Assembly (NCBI GenBank): GCA_007132585.1
Contig: SLOJ01000025.1
Span: 1-52,696, forward strand
DNA: 52,696 nucleotides
From: Bacteroidales bacterium
Lineage (GTDB): Bacteria; Bacteroidota; Bacteroidia; Bacteroidales; UBA7960
Direction: 5' to 3'
Numbering within the stretch: position 1 is the first letter of the stretch; each line of letters begins with the position of its first letter. Of this stretch, positions 1-9,493 are shown piece by piece. A model generated the notes under the pieces. The model made no database searches. It was not told the DNA's origin and saw only the letters and a list, made by a program, of their open reading frames with translations. A program made the translations under genes and the position numbers.

Positions 1-99
1 ATGGTTTTATATAAGTTTTCAAAAATACTAAATCCTTTAGAAAAACGGTCAGAAACAGGCAATCGTTTTTCCAAAAACCATAATTGGGACTGTGTGGTT

Positions 100-132
100 A
101 CTCGTCAGACGACTTCAAGTCGGCAGACGAGT
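100..132. other. imperfect stem-loop downstream of fabH (possible non-canonical terminator)
   Basis: ACTCGTCAGACGAC-TTCAA-GTCGGCAGACGAGT; 12 of 14 stem positions pair. There is no T-tract on either side. Confidence 0.3.
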
Positions 133-190
133 TGGAGCTATAAACGAGAAAATGATTTCTAACCGAAAAATAAGGAAAGGAAAAGTTTTA

Positions 191-1180
191 TCAGTAAGCC
201 CACTTAAGCAAGACAGATCCCCATGTAAATCCACCTCCAAAAGCAGCAAGTATAATATTGTCTCCTTTTTTCAGTTGGTTTTCCCATTCCCATAAACAAA
301 GAGGTATGGTAGCATTGGTTGTATTGCCATATTTGTGAATATTGACCATTACCTTCTCCATAGGGACGCAACTTCTGCGGGAAATTGCTTCAATAATACG
401 CATGTTGGCCTGATGGGGTACAAGCCAGGCTACATCTTCAGAAGATAGATTATTCCTGTTCATTACATCAAGAGCCACATCTGCCATATTTCTGACAGCA
501 AACTTAAAAACAGCTTGTCCTTCCTGGTACACGTAATGCTCGCGGGCATCAATATTTTCGTGGGTGGGAGGATAAGCAGATCCGCCCGCTTTCATATGAA
601 GGTGTATATGTCCACATCCATCTGACTGAAATTTATGATCCATTACTCCAACTTCCTCTGTTGTAGGTTCGAGGAGCACTGCAGCGGCCCCATCGCCAAA
701 AATTACGCAAGTCTGACGATCGGTATAATCAACAATTGATGACATTTTATCGGCGCCAACAACTACAACTTTTTTATATCTGCCTGTTTCAACATACTGA
801 GCAGCTGTTACGAGGGTATAGATAAAGCCTGAGCAGGCAGCATTGGTGTCAAAACTAAAGGCATTTTTGATTCCGGCCTTATGACTGATCAGATTGGCTG
901 TTGCCGGAAATTTCATATCAGGTGTAACGGTAGAGCAAATTAAAAGATCCACCTCGTCAGGAGATATACCACGTTTCTCAAGCAATCCTTTAACAGCCTC
1001 TGTGGCCATAACCGATGTCCCTTTGCCTTCTCCCTTCAGAATTCTTCTTTCTTTGATACCTGTTCGGGTAGTTATCCATTCATCAGTGGTATCTACCATC
1101 GTTTCCAGTTCTGCATTGGTAAGAACGTAATCCGGAACATAGCCATGGATTGCTGTAACTGCTGCCCTGATTTTAGTCAT
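191..1180 (-). CDS. fabH: 3-oxoacyl-ACP synthase III (KAS III)
   Basis: 329-aa ORF with the [16 protein letters not shown]-terminal motif, active-site Cys context NAACSGF, and the HQAN and GNTTNATIP motifs. It lies in the conserved yceD-rpmF-plsX-fabH block. Confidence 0.92.
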   Translation of the reverse strand: MTKIRAAVTAIHGYVPDYVLTNAELETMVDTTDEWITTRTGIKERRILKGEGKGTSVMATEAVKGLLEKRGISPDEVDLLICSTVTPDMKFPATANLISHKAGIKNAFSFDTNAACSGFIYTLVTAAQYVETGRYKKVVVVGADKMSSIVDYTDRQTCVIFGDGAAAVLLEPTTEEVGVMDHKFQSDGCGHIHLHMKAGGSAYPPTHENIDAREHYVYQEGQAVFKFAVRNMADVALDVMNRNNLSSEDVAWLVPHQANMRIIEAISRRSCVPMEKVMVNIHKYGNTTNATIPLCLWEWENQLKKGDNIILAAFGGGFTWGSVLLKWAY

Positions 1181-1234
1181 GCTTGAATTTATATAGATAG
1201 TTAGAAAAATTTCAGAGAAAAATTATTTCGGGTA

Positions 1235-2197
1235 TTAAATATTTTTGTCTTGAGTATATCGACTTAAAGCATCGGATATTTTTCCTGCCACATTGGCTTC
1301 ATGCACATCTTTGGAAAGAATTACAATATTTTTAATGGCTATATCATTGGATATACCATGACCAATTATTACAGTACCATTTACTCCAAGTATAGGGGTA
1401 CCTCCATAGTTTTCATAGTTCATACGGTCAAAAAACTCATCCTTAATACCCCTTTTCTTAACCAAACGATACATTGATTCGGCCTGTTTCAGTACAATAT
1501 TACCGGTGAAACCATCACAAACAATAACATCAGCCTTATCATTAAACAGATCACGGCTCTCAATATTTCCAATAAAATTATAATCCTGGGTATCTTTCAT
1601 CAACCGGAAGGCGGATTGGCTCAACAGGTTACCTTTCTCTTCTTCTTCGCCAATATTGAGAAGACCAACTTTAGGATTTTCAATGCCGAAAACGAACTGT
1701 GCATATATCGATCCGAGCAGTCCGAATTGATAAAGGACATCGGGCTTACTATCCGGATTGGTACCCACATCAATCAACACACCCACACCTCCATTTTCCT
1801 TGGGAAGAACTGAAGTTGTGGCAGGGCGGATAATACCCTGAACCACATTTACGCTATACACCGAACCCACCAGCATAGCGCCTGTATTTCCGGCACTGGC
1901 AAAAGAATCGATCTGACCGGTTTTAAGCAAACGAAAACCTTTACTTATGCTGGAGTCGGGTTTTTGTGTAAAGGCTTTGGTAGGTTGTTCACCCATAGAA
2001 ATAACATCAGATGCATGCACTATGTCAAACAGTGATGCATCAGAATGAAACTCTTTAAGCTTATCCCGAATTACGCTTTCCTGCCCGAACAATACAATAC
2101 GGTCGGTTTGCGGTAGTTCTTTCTGAGCAAGTATAGCTCCTTTTAAAATGCTATCGGGGGCAAAATCACCACCCATTACGTCTAAGCCGATTTTCAT
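1235..2197 (-). CDS. plsX: phosphate acyltransferase PlsX
   Basis: The start was moved to the internal Met (MKIGLDVMGGDFAP), the typical PlsX N-terminus. The track ORF carries an 11-aa upstream extension. The gene sits between rpmF and fabH as in many bacteria. Confidence 0.9.
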   Translation of the reverse strand: MKIGLDVMGGDFAPDSILKGAILAQKELPQTDRIVLFGQESVIRDKLKEFHSDASLFDIVHASDVISMGEQPTKAFTQKPDSSISKGFRLLKTGQIDSFASAGNTGAMLVGSVYSVNVVQGIIRPATTSVLPKENGGVGVLIDVGTNPDSKPDVLYQFGLLGSIYAQFVFGIENPKVGLLNIGEEEEKGNLLSQSAFRLMKDTQDYNFIGNIESRDLFNDKADVIVCDGFTGNIVLKQAESMYRLVKKRGIKDEFFDRMNYENYGGTPILGVNGTVIIGHGISNDIAIKNIVILSKDVHEANVAGKISDALSRYTQDKNI

Positions 2198-2249
2198 AGG
2201 AGTCTGTTTTGTGAGCTGGAAAAATCTCACGTGGCTAAATCACTCAACC

Positions 2250-2435
2250 TTATATGGCTGCAGACTTTTCAATTGCCACCTGTCCTCTGTAAAAACCACA
2301 CTCAGGGCATACTCTGTGCATAAGCTTCATTGAACCGCAATTTGAACACGTTGTCAAAGCAGGTTCAGTTGCTTTATAATGGGTACGTCTTTTATCTCTG
2401 CGGGTTTTAGAGATTTTACTTTTTGGATGTGCCAT
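2250..2435 (-). CDS. rpmF: 50S ribosomal protein L32
   Basis: 61 aa. It has the MAHPKSKISKTRRDKRR basic N-terminus and a CxxC...CxxC zinc ribbon (CSNCG...CPECG). Confidence 0.93.
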   Translation of the reverse strand: MAHPKSKISKTRRDKRRTHYKATEPALTTCSNCGSMKLMHRVCPECGFYRGQVAIEKSAAI

Positions 2436-2464
2436 AATCTAAGCAGATATTAAGTTATTCTATG

Positions 2465-3088
2465 TTAATTGAATTTCAGGTTTTTCAATGCATCCCAACG
2501 TGAATCAGTGGATGAACCGTCCTTTTCTTTTTTATTTCCTTTATTTTTACCGAAAGTGAGATATTCATCCAGTTGTTCAATAATCCCTGGATCGCAATTA
2601 TCTTCTTTTTTATTACCTCCCGGGTGTACTCTTTTTGCAGGAAGCCCTAATATTACGAACTCATAAAGGTACTGCGAAATATCAAAATGACTTTCTGTTG
2701 AAGGAATGATGATCACATCATCACTTTGTTCCTCATGCTTGTCGCCAAATTTTACATACAGCATTTTATGAACATCAAGCTCCTGCCAGTAATTTTCCAT
2801 GCATCTGTCACACCCTAACTCAACCTTTCCCTGGATAAAGAATTCCATATCAAGCATGTTATTCTTCTTGTAAAGAATAAATCGGGCATTAAGTCTGGCA
2901 TGGGTTATTTCGGAGTCACTGAAACATGAAAAAAAATCATCATTCAGTTCAAAAAAAAATTCATGTGCTCCGTTGGGAAGACCTACAAATGCTATATCAA
3001 ATGGCTTTAAAGCTTTCAAAGTACTATCCTGTTTTTCAAAGGCTGCAAAGATACAACTTCTAAGGAAAAATAAAAAATTTATTCGCAT
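2465..3088 (-). CDS. YceD/DUF177 family protein
   Basis: It lies immediately upstream of rpmF, which is conserved synteny. It has an acidic protein with a CDRC motif and the FDIAFVGLPNGAHEFFFELNDDFF N-terminal pattern typical of DUF177. The true start may lie downstream of the annotated Met, because the N-terminal 20 aa look non-native. Confidence 0.7.
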   Translation of the reverse strand: MRINFLFFLRSCIFAAFEKQDSTLKALKPFDIAFVGLPNGAHEFFFELNDDFFSCFSDSEITHARLNARFILYKKNNMLDMEFFIQGKVELGCDRCMENYWQELDVHKMLYVKFGDKHEEQSDDVIIIPSTESHFDISQYLYEFVILGLPAKRVHPGGNKKEDNCDPGIIEQLDEYLTFGKNKGNKKEKDGSSTDSRWDALKNLKFN

Positions 3089-3145
3089 TTTGCATACTGC
3101 CCTTGCAAAAGAGTATTCAGCACCTTACGGATCTTCTAAAAAAAA

Positions 3146-6100
3146 TTATTTAAATGCCTTTTCGGGTAATGCGTCACCTTCTGTACGAAGACGGTTAAAA
3201 TACTCAGGCACATCCTTACCGGTAAGTTGGTCAACATAAAGTTTTGCCAGGTATTGTGCCAGCATAAATCCCTGGCCGCGAAGTCCAAGGAAAAGACCTT
3301 TTTCCACATCAATAATCATGCGGGGTTCAATATAATAGCCGGCCCATAATGCCTGAAATCCTACTGCTGATATACGGGGAATCCAATCCACAAATATTTC
3401 TGAAACAATCTCGGCAAAATCTCTGGAGTTAACCTTTACATCTTTATCCGTTTCGCTGGGTTCAACAGCCGGGGAAGCACAACCGATGATCTGCCCTGTT
3501 TCGCCAAGCTGCTGTCCGTAAACAGCTGTAAATCCTTTATAATTTCTCCGATCGATAAGCATATCCAGGGGTTTGTCATTATTTCCCAACATGGGTAGCC
3601 TTCGTGTAATAAATGCCTGATGTTTCACGGGATATAAGCCGGTTTCGACACCCAGTATTTTGGCAAATTTATCACCTTCAGCACCCAGAGCATTTATAAA
3701 TACCGGTGTGTGGTACTCAACAAACTCGCCCTCATGGGTTTTTATGATCAGTTTATACGTTTCTCCATTTTTCTCAACATCAATAAGACGGGTATCTTCA
3801 AGTAATGTACCTCCTTTTTCTACACCAATTTTACGCAAGGCATCAATAACCTTACCCGGGGTTGCCTGCCAGCATTCGCTGGTTTTAAGGGCGGCAATGT
3901 ACTTATCATTTGAATCATTGAAATAGGGTGAAATTTCTGATTTGAATTCAGAAGGTTTTAACATTACTGCCTTTTGCCATGCCATTGATTCTTCCAGGGC
4001 TTTGTACATTTGATCATCATGAGCAAAGGTTATATAATTAATAAGCCGGAAATCAATCTCAAACTTGTGAGATAGTTTTTCAAATATCTCAAGGTTATGC
4101 CTGGCAATATCTGTTAACTCAGGTAAACTGAAAACCGGCCGGCCCCCTGCGATATTTCGCCACGACCCGCCAAAACCATAATTTATCATTGTGGGCTCAT
4201 AACCTGCTTCTGAAAGAAACCGGAATAATGAGCTGCCACCGATTCCGCCACCAGCCACAAAAGATTTTACTTTAACCACTCGTCTTTTAACGGTGTTCAT
4301 ATGTGTATTAACCCTGTCATGAATATCAGCCGGGTAGAGCTCACCAAGACTGATCTGGTTTGACATGGGTGCTCGCGGAGTACTTCCACCAATAAGACGT
4401 ATTCCTTTGGGTCTGAGATTCTGCTTTAACCGCTGAATACATCTTTTACCCCGGCATGGCCCCATACCCAGGTGGGTAGTATGTTTTACTTCCTCAACCG
4501 AAATAAATTTACGATCGCCTATGATCCTCATCACATCATCAAATTCTACATCATCGCAATGGCACATAAACACATCCGACAAGAAAGATTCCTTATGGGG
4601 TTTTAACTCAAGTTTTTCCGGATAATCACGCTTAATAATAAATCCACGGACCTTCACCTTATCTTCATCTTTCATCCCTTCCGACTTGATACGTGCAACA
4701 TGGGTAAGGTTTTTCTTGCGCAGTACCTTCTGTATAATACCTTCTCCAAGGATATTGGCATCATTATCCACCAGAAACACCTCCTCACCTTCCTTCATAT
4801 CAAATTCGATGGGTAAGAAAAAGGTGCCTTTTTGAATATTATAACCGAATATGGCCAGCCCGGGACACTGATAGACACAATCCATGCAACCCACACATTT
4901 TTCGTAATCAATCTGGGGAATTGTACTTGTAGATGATTTTGTAATGGCACCGTAAGGGCATGCAAATGCACAAGGGTTACAAGCAAATCCGTAAAGACAA
5001 TCAATGATAACGAATGGTTTTTTCATCCTGTCAGGCTCCGGCATATAAGGTTCATCGATAACCTTTAGCGGATGCTGCTGCGAGTCAATATATTCTTTTG
5101 ATACCAGCAAATAATCATCATAGTTGTATGGTTTCATAATGGTATCAAGAATTTCGTATGCCACCTGTTTCCCTCTTAAAACGGCGCTGGTACCTTCACC
5201 AATGCGCACAGCATCACCGGCACCCCAGCATCTCCTGCCAAACATTTCTCGTCCTTTGATAAGCAGTGCATCATCGGGCATTAAACCGGTACATATATTG
5301 ATGGCATCAATGCCTTCAATCAGCTTTTCAGTTCCGGGTATAGCTTTGAAGTTTTCTGCCAGTGCAACCACAGCAGCTTTAATACCATCGCCTTTATCAT
5401 TGGGTATAGCTTCAAGAATTAAATGAGAAAGCAGAACAGGAATGCCAAGCCTGCGAACCCGGTTGGCCTGCACAGGAAAACCACCTTCATGTGATTGGGC
5501 TTCTATAATCGCCTTTACTTTCGCCCCCGCCTGGGTAAGCTGATAACTCGTCAGATAACCAATATTTCCTGCACCTACTGTCAGGATATTTCGGCCAAGT
5601 AAAGTAAGCTCGGTATTCATCATTTTCTGGATCACTGCAGCAGTGAATACACCGGGAAGATCATCATTGTGAAAAGTGGGAAGAAAAGGTACGGCACCGG
5701 ACGCAACAACAAAATATTCGCAGTCAATGTAATATATTTCCTGGGTTTTGAAGTTTTTAACAGCAACCCTGTTTTTTTCAAATATATCCCATACTGTAGA
5801 ATCGAGCATTATGCCTTCGTGATTATCACCGGCAAGCATCTTGGATATTTCAAAACCTCGCAATCCGCCATATTTTTTCTCTTTTTCAAAAAAGAAAAAC
5901 TGGTGGGTTTGCATGTTAAACTGACCACCTATCTCGGCATTACTATCAACCACAATATTGCTCACACCGTGCTCATTAAGTATTTCACGAGTTGCCAGCC
6001 CAGCAGGTCCTGCGCCTATAATAACTACCTGGGTTTTATATACATTGGTGGGCTTGAACTTTCTGAAATCACTTGCCTCGGCAACATAATCATGCGGAAT

Positions 6101-6376
6101 CTCTTCAACGGTTTTAATATCATCTACCAGGGTAATGCAAATTCTTTTAATCTCTCCATCAACAAGCATTTCACATGCTCCACACTTTCCTATTCCGCAC
6201 TCAAGACTACGGCTGCGGTTTTTTAAACTATGACTGTGAATTGGGTAACCGGCCTGGTGCAATGCTGCGGCAATGGTAAATCCCTTTTCTCCTGTTACCT
6301 TTGCTGCATTATATTGAAAATCAGTTTTTTCAGTTTCCGGTATTTGAATGATCGGATGTTGAGATATTTTGTGCAT
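3146..6376 (-). CDS. single-chain multidomain FAD/NAD(P)/Fe-S oxidoreductase (2Fe-2S + pyridine-nucleotide-disulfide reductase + 2x[4Fe-4S] + BFD-like 2Fe-2S + DAO-type flavoprotein)
   Basis: 1076-aa uninterrupted ORF. Motifs in N-to-C order: ECGIGKCGACEMLVDG; VVIIGAGPAGLA and ILTVGAGNIGYL (two Rossmann GxGxxG); CNPCAFACP...CVGCMDCVYQCP; CHCDDV...GPCRGKRC; FVAGGGIGGSS followed by about 370 aa of D-amino-acid/sarcosine-oxidase-beta-like sequence. Confidence 0.8.
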   Translation of the reverse strand: MHKISQHPIIQIPETEKTDFQYNAAKVTGEKGFTIAAALHQAGYPIHSHSLKNRSRSLECGIGKCGACEMLVDGEIKRICITLVDDIKTVEEIPHDYVAEASDFRKFKPTNVYKTQVVIIGAGPAGLATREILNEHGVSNIVVDSNAEIGGQFNMQTHQFFFFEKEKKYGGLRGFEISKMLAGDNHEGIMLDSTVWDIFEKNRVAVKNFKTQEIYYIDCEYFVVASGAVPFLPTFHNDDLPGVFTAAVIQKMMNTELTLLGRNILTVGAGNIGYLTSYQLTQAGAKVKAIIEAQSHEGGFPVQANRVRRLGIPVLLSHLILEAIPNDKGDGIKAAVVALAENFKAIPGTEKLIEGIDAINICTGLMPDDALLIKGREMFGRRCWGAGDAVRIGEGTSAVLRGKQVAYEILDTIMKPYNYDDYLLVSKEYIDSQQHPLKVIDEPYMPEPDRMKKPFVIIDCLYGFACNPCAFACPYGAITKSSTSTIPQIDYEKCVGCMDCVYQCPGLAIFGYNIQKGTFFLPIEFDMKEGEEVFLVDNDANILGEGIIQKVLRKKNLTHVARIKSEGMKDEDKVKVRGFIIKRDYPEKLELKPHKESFLSDVFMCHCDDVEFDDVMRIIGDRKFISVEEVKHTTHLGMGPCRGKRCIQRLKQNLRPKGIRLIGGSTPRAPMSNQISLGELYPADIHDRVNTHMNTVKRRVVKVKSFVAGGGIGGSSLFRFLSEAGYEPTMINYGFGGSWRNIAGGRPVFSLPELTDIARHNLEIFEKLSHKFEIDFRLINYITFAHDDQMYKALEESMAWQKAVMLKPSEFKSEISPYFNDSNDKYIAALKTSECWQATPGKVIDALRKIGVEKGGTLLEDTRLIDVEKNGETYKLIIKTHEGEFVEYHTPVFINALGAEGDKFAKILGVETGLYPVKHQAFITRRLPMLGNNDKPLDMLIDRRNYKGFTAVYGQQLGETGQIIGCASPAVEPSETDKDVKVNSRDFAEIVSEIFVDWIPRISAVGFQALWAGYYIEPRMIIDVEKGLFLGLRGQGFMLAQYLAKLYVDQLTGKDVPEYFNRLRTEGDALPEKAFK

Positions 6377-6630
6377 CGGAAATTTTTATTATTTTGTATG
6401 CAGTTATGGCAGCTTTGTGATATTTTCGAACTGTAAAAGCTGCCAGTTGCCTGATTAATAAGGATTTTGCAAGCAAAGGTAATTTTTTTAAAAGATTTAA
6501 ATTCGTGGTTTTATCAATTTATAATCATTCTAAATTTTCAGTAATTAAGTATGACCGGAATCCTTTGCAAAACAGACTATGAAATAACTTATTTTTACAA
6601 AAAATAATACATTAAAAAACTCACGTCAAA

Positions 6631-7371
6631 ATGAAAAAAATAATTTACATTTTCGGAATTTTTATAGTTCTTGGCGGACTTGCATTTGTCACTCTTAATA
6701 CTTTTACAGAGATTTCGACTCAACCTGTCAATCAAATATCATTAAGCAACACAAACCAAAACTTTGATTCAGAAGACATGATTCAATTACCCGAACCCAC
6801 AACCGATGGCAAGGTTAGCTTAGAAAAAGCATTAACACTTCGCCGATCTATAAGAAATTACTCAAATGAGGCTCTTTCTCTTGAAGATATTTCACAACTT
6901 TTATGGAGTGCACAGGGGATAACAAATGAGCGTGGATTCAGAACAGCACCCTCTGCCGGAGCCACATTTCCTCTAGAGATGTTTGTGGTTGCCAATAATG
7001 TAGAAGGGTTATCAAAAGGTATTTATCATTATTCGCCCTTTGAAATCACTCTCGAAGTGATTCACCTTAAGGATATTGCTGCAGAATTGATGCGTGCATC
7101 CCATAGCCAGTCAATGATAGCTGAATCAGCGGTAGTATTGGTATTTGGTGCAGTTTTTGAAAGAACCACCGATCGATATGGAGAAAGAGGCATCAGATAC
7201 GTACATAATGAAATTGGACATGCATCGCAGAATGTACACCTGCAGGCAGCGGCTATGGATCTGGGAACAGTAGTTATCGGAGCTTACCGCGATGAAGAAG
7301 TGGAAGAAATACTGGATCTCGACCCCGACATAAGAGTTTTATACATGATGCCGGTAGGCAAACTTAAGTAA
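6631..7371 (+). CDS. SagB-type dehydrogenase / nitroreductase-fold protein with N-terminal membrane anchor
   Basis: The N-terminal hydrophobic helix is MKKIIYIFGIFIVLGGLAFVTL. It is followed by RRSIRNY...LSQLLWSAQG...RTAPSAGATFPLEMFV...GIYHY, the signature of the SagB/ThcOx subfamily of nitroreductases. Confidence 0.75.
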   Translation: MKKIIYIFGIFIVLGGLAFVTLNTFTEISTQPVNQISLSNTNQNFDSEDMIQLPEPTTDGKVSLEKALTLRRSIRNYSNEALSLEDISQLLWSAQGITNERGFRTAPSAGATFPLEMFVVANNVEGLSKGIYHYSPFEITLEVIHLKDIAAELMRASHSQSMIAESAVVLVFGAVFERTTDRYGERGIRYVHNEIGHASQNVHLQAAAMDLGTVVIGAYRDEEVEEILDLDPDIRVLYMMPVGKLK

Positions 7372-7394
7372 TGTAAGTTGCCCGAGGTTTTTTT

Positions 7395-8750
7395 TTACAG
7401 ATCGTATTTTACCCCCATAAACAGTGAATAGGTGTAGGGGTAAGTATCTCTTGTAAGATTACGTAACTGACCCATTGAAGTTAAAAACATTGTAAAGGTA
7501 GGTTCAAGAGAAATATTTACACGATCACTTACAGTATAGTCAAATGATACACCACCTATACCCGACCAGCTTATTGGGCTTACCCCTGTGCTTTCACCTA
7601 TAGACCTGGTATTTGCACTTCCCTGCAGGTAAACATTATTTGTCAGCAGGAAATTGGCTGCAATTCCGGATTTCACAGAAACCCCTAACATACGGTCGAT
7701 AAGAAGGTAACGGAAAATCACCGGTACTTCCAAATAGCCAAAATGCTGGATAAGGCCGGAGCTCGATTTATTCAGCAGATTTATATTACCCTCATCATAG
7801 CTCCCCTTAAGGGTGAATATCCTTGAGGAAGCAATATCAGCAAAATAGAAACTCTGATCGGTAAAGCTGATGCCTCCCATAGAGGTACTCATACTTTGGG
7901 GGTGTGAACTGATAGTTTCTCCTTTTGTGGAATACAGGGGCATCATGGATGGGTGACTGAAGGCAGTGATATCATTAACTGCCTGCCCGATAAGGTTATA
8001 AGCCACGCCACTTTCCATATTCCACCTTTCATTAATTCTGTATTGCATGCTTACACCCAATGCAAAACTGAAAATATTGCTTTCCAGAGCTTCGTAAGGA
8101 TAAAAAGCAGAGTTTCGCTGATAGCGAAATGATTGCTGTGGAACAATATAACCCATTATCGACAGAACGGATTGGTTGCCCTGAGCGACTGATACAATAT
8201 CTAAACGGTCAAAAAAGTCTTCCTGCTGATCATTCAACACGTTTTCAGCAAATATTTTACTGATATCTGATCTGTTAAGAAATTCGCCTGGAGAAGACCC
8301 GGCTGATGCAAGTTCGTTATTATACTCCAGAGTTTTAAGTTCATCCGGGGTTGCAGCAATAGCTGTAGTGGTTTCAGGCATCATTTCTGAAACACCTGAG
8401 CTTTCGGCCAGCAAAACTGAGGGAGTAACTCCGATTATTCTTTCATGCCTGCCACCTGTAATCTTTTCGGCATTTTCATATTCACCGGAATCAATGGGTT
8501 CAGGACCGATAGGTGTTGTGTAGGTATATGACCCGGCAAATGGTTCGGAGGGTTGCATATCGGGCCATAAGAGCCATAGTGAAACCATACTGATGATCAG
8601 AAAAACAACAGCTGCTGCTACCCTGTACCAGATAAATCTACTTCCGGAGCTTTTCGTCAAACGCCTTTCAATAGCATTCCAGGCATCCTGAGGGGGTTCA
8701 TCCTCAAAATTCCGAAATCTTTCTTGTATATTTCTTTCAAACCTTTCCAT
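7395..8750 (-). CDS. membrane protein translationally coupled to the ECF sigma gene: short cytoplasmic N-terminus, one TM helix, C-terminal beta-barrel-like domain (possible anti-sigma role)
   Basis: The start codon lies 3 nt after the sigma stop. The N-terminus is ~35 charged residues, followed by a TM helix (WYRVAAAVVFLIISMVSLWLLW). The C-terminal ~230 aa show alternating aromatic/hydrophobic beta-strand patterns ending ...FMGVKYDL. Confidence 0.55.
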   Translation of the reverse strand: MERFERNIQERFRNFEDEPPQDAWNAIERRLTKSSGSRFIWYRVAAAVVFLIISMVSLWLLWPDMQPSEPFAGSYTYTTPIGPEPIDSGEYENAEKITGGRHERIIGVTPSVLLAESSGVSEMMPETTTAIAATPDELKTLEYNNELASAGSSPGEFLNRSDISKIFAENVLNDQQEDFFDRLDIVSVAQGNQSVLSIMGYIVPQQSFRYQRNSAFYPYEALESNIFSFALGVSMQYRINERWNMESGVAYNLIGQAVNDITAFSHPSMMPLYSTKGETISSHPQSMSTSMGGISFTDQSFYFADIASSRIFTLKGSYDEGNINLLNKSSSGLIQHFGYLEVPVIFRYLLIDRMLGVSVKSGIAANFLLTNNVYLQGSANTRSIGESTGVSPISWSGIGGVSFDYTVSDRVNISLEPTFTMFLTSMGQLRNLTRDTYPYTYSLFMGVKYDL

Positions 8751-8753
8751 TAT

Positions 8754-9305
8754 TTAGATAGCTTTTTCAATCTTTTGTGAATGGAACTGTAATGTTTCTT
8801 TCAAAATCATTTTTGCTCTCGCAAGATTGGAACGGGATGTTGACTCAGCAATGTTGAGCATTTCACTCAGTTCCTTATGCGAATAACCTTCAATTATATA
8901 AAGGTTAAAAACCATTCGATACTGATCGGGTAATTGCCTGATAAGATTTAAAATTTCTTTTTCTGAGATAGAATCCAGAGCATTAAGCTCTCCATTGGAC
9001 ATTTCTATGGTTTTGGAAGCATCTTCAAGTGATAAAAGGCTTACCTTACTGCGATATTTATCCAGTGCCAGGTTTACAAATATCCGTTTCATCCATCCTT
9101 CAAAAGAACCTTTCCACCTGAATTTATCAAGATTTTCAAAAACCTTAACAAACCCTTCCTGGAGGATATCCTGTGCATCATGCGAATTGGCAGTATAACG
9201 CAAACACAAACCGTACATTTGGGGAGCAAACATTTTGTACAGTGTGCTTTGCATTTGCCTGTTGTTCTTAAGGCAACCCTTTACAATATCTTTGAGTTTT
9301 TCCAC
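8754..9305 (-). CDS. ECF-type RNA polymerase sigma-70 family factor
   Basis: 183 aa. Region 2 is DAQDILQEGFVKVF...W and the region 4 HTH is SHKELSEMLNIAESTSRSNLARAKMILKE. Confidence 0.88.
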   Translation of the reverse strand: MEKLKDIVKGCLKNNRQMQSTLYKMFAPQMYGLCLRYTANSHDAQDILQEGFVKVFENLDKFRWKGSFEGWMKRIFVNLALDKYRSKVSLLSLEDASKTIEMSNGELNALDSISEKEILNLIRQLPDQYRMVFNLYIIEGYSHKELSEMLNIAESTSRSNLARAKMILKETLQFHSQKIEKAI

Positions 9306-9493
9306 CAGAAATCAGGAATTGAGCCTTTAACAAAAATAACAAAATTATTGCACCTTTTACTCCCGCAAAATGCAGGCCAAAGGTTAAACTATTAATGCTT
9401 AAACCCTTTTATAGCAGAAAACCCTATTTCAATGAACTTTTTCATCAATCAATTGCATCAAAAATTGTTAACAAAAAAGTTTTGATGCTTCAT

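Noticed and set aside
5669-6226. 185-aa plus-strand ORF inside the 1076-aa oxidoreductase gene
   Set aside because: It is antisense to a region with clear Rossmann and 2Fe-2S motifs. Its composition (F/I/N/K-rich) is typical of the reverse strand of an AT-rich gene.
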